Assembly (NCBI GenBank): GCA_938074535.1
Contig: CALJER010000014.1
Coordinates: 1-17,105 of the forward strand
Direction: 5' to 3'
DNA from: an uncultured archaeon
GTDB taxonomy: Archaea; Hadarchaeota; Hadarchaeia; Hadarchaeales; WYZ-LMO6
Length of the DNA: 17,105 nucleotides
Shown here: one piece after another, positions 15,768-17,105 of the stretch
Numbering within the stretch: position 1 is the first letter of the stretch
How the letters are laid out: each line of letters starts with the position of its first letter
The notes under the pieces: generated by a model
Seen by the model: the letters and a program-made list of their open reading frames with translations, nothing else
Databases searched by the model: none
Told to the model about the DNA's origin: nothing
Translations under genes and position numbers: made by a program

Positions 15768-16706
15768 TCAGGGTCTGAGCCCCAGCGACCTCTCAAGTAC
15801 TTCCTCGTTGATTCCCCCCGCGCGGAACACCCTTCCCGTCCTCAGGTTGTTCACGGTGATCTCCGCCGGTGAGAAGAGCTTGGGGTCTATCTTGAAGAAG
15901 TCCCTCTGATAGCGCTCGAAGAGCTCCAGGAAGGGAGAGCCGTAGTCCCTAGAAGAGCTGGAGGGCACCTCCGCGATCACCCTCTCCACCTCCGCGTCCT
16001 CGGCCTCCACGAAGTACACCGTCCTCCCCCCGTAGAGCACGCAGTCGTTGGTCTTTCCCATGGCCTCCAGATCGTTCTTGGCCACGGGGGCGATGGGGGC
16101 CCTTCCCGCCCCGCTGACGATTTTCTGGATGGGAAAGCCCACTTCGTGGAGCTTGTGCACGCCCGTTTCCACCACCCTGGCGGAGATCTGGACGCTGCCC
16201 ACGATGCTGGCGGTGGGGGCCACCACGAGGGTGAGGTTCTCGGGCTTCACCCCGCATTTTCCCGCCACGAACTCCGCCACCTTCTCGTCCGGGAGCTTCC
16301 TGGTCTCAAGGGTGAGCACCGCCACCTCGCTCCTATCCCGGTACCCAAGCTCCCCGAAGAGCTTCTCCACCGCGGCCAGGGCCCTTCCCGGACCTGAGCC
16401 CATGGCGAAGTACTTTTCCACCTTCACCGCCCATCCCGCGTACTGGGAAGCCATGCACGAGAGGAGGGGATGGTCCGTCCTCACGAAAACCCAGGGGAAC
16501 CTCTCCACCCTCACCTCCACCTCCCCCAGCCCACCCATGCATATCTTCGAGAAGGCGATCCCGGCCTCCAGGCTTCCCGGCACCTCCACACCCGCATCGA
16601 TCACCGTGGTCCCGTTCTCCAGCTTTCTGACCCTTATCCTGAGCTCCTCCTCCCTGGCCACCATCTCCTCCACTATCCTCTGCGCCCTCTGATTCACGCT
16701 CAGCAT
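15768..16706 (-). CDS. mch: Methenyl-tetrahydromethanopterin cyclohydrolase
   Basis: MLSVN, ICMGGL, SQYAGW, MGSGPGRAL, APTASIVGSVQISARVVETG, MGKTNDCVLYGG and FFKIDPKLFSPA motifs. Confidence 0.98.
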   Translation of the reverse strand: MLSVNQRAQRIVEEMVAREEELRIRVRKLENGTTVIDAGVEVPGSLEAGIAFSKICMGGLGEVEVRVERFPWVFVRTDHPLLSCMASQYAGWAVKVEKYFAMGSGPGRALAAVEKLFGELGYRDRSEVAVLTLETRKLPDEKVAEFVAGKCGVKPENLTLVVAPTASIVGSVQISARVVETGVHKLHEVGFPIQKIVSGAGRAPIAPVAKNDLEAMGKTNDCVLYGGRTVYFVEAEDAEVERVIAEVPSSSSRDYGSPFLELFERYQRDFFKIDPKLFSPAEITVNNLRTGRVFRAGGINEEVLERSLGLRP

Positions 16707-17105
16707 CCCTCACCCCTCCACACCAGGATTTCCCCCTTGCCGGCGCAGGCCAGATCACCGTCGTATCTCTCGTACCTTCCCTTTAAGTGTTCCTCCCTCA
16801 CGGGCAGTCCCTCCCTGAGGAGGTACCTCAGGAAGAAAGGAAGGAAGGCCGGGCGGTACACACAGCTGTACTGGAAGGTCGGGAGGAGCGGGGGCTTCCT
16901 GAAGGCCAGAATGGTGCCCCTCTCCATCCCGCCCCCCATCCCCTCCCCCGCCTCCCCGAAGCACACGATCGTCCCACCGGTCATCAGGGCGCCCGCGAAG
17001 TCCCCCAGCCTCCCCTCCACCGCTATCGTCCCCCTCCTCATCCTCTCCCCCACCTCCCTCCCAGCCTCCCCCCTCACCACGATGGTTCCCCCCCTCATCC
17101 CCACC
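16700..17105 (-). CDS. fwdC: Formylmethanofuran dehydrogenase subunit C / FhcC-like, 3' part only
   Basis: Repeated GxxMxxGTI beta-helix motif, LLPTF and C-terminal GDLAxxGKGEI. The 5' end lies outside the window. Confidence 0.88.
   Translation of the reverse strand, partial: VGMRGGTIVVRGEAGREVGERMRRGTIAVEGRLGDFAGALMTGGTIVCFGEAGEGMGGGMERGTILAFRKPPLLPTFQYSCVYRPAFLPFFLRYLLREGLPVREEHLKGRYERYDGDLACAGKGEILVWRGEGC

Noticed and set aside
16900-17105. Repetitive C-rich sequence resembling a tandem repeat or CRISPR array
   Set aside because: It is explained by the GxxMxxG beta-helix repeats of FwdC. There are no identical repeats with unique spacers.

Overview
High-GC archaeal DNA, probably from a thermophile (purine-rich coding strands, frequent AGG/ATA codons, BRE/TATA promoters, BHB-type tRNA introns). 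Most of the window is a Wood-Ljungdahl supercluster. The carbonyl branch cdhA-cdhB-cdhC-cdhD-cdhE plus a RACo-type corrinoid activator runs on the minus strand. A divergent unit encodes a MetF-like reductase, CooC and MobA. A convergent unit encodes FwdC/FhcC (partial), Mch, an MptN/RimK-type ligase and MfnA. Facing the activator is a methyltransferase-type corrinoid protein followed by a DUF166-like protein with a DeoR-like HTH tail. The left end holds an archaemetzincin, a hypothetical protein and a tRNA-Lys(CUU) gene with three introns (9/10, 30/31, 37/38). The most notable observations are the triple-intron tRNA, the corrinoid/DUF166-HTH/RACo module lacking a recognisable methyltransferase, a MetF-like gene apparently starting at ACG, and a 60-bp quasi-palindromic bidirectional promoter. 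All protein calls come from motif recognition by eye, not database searches.
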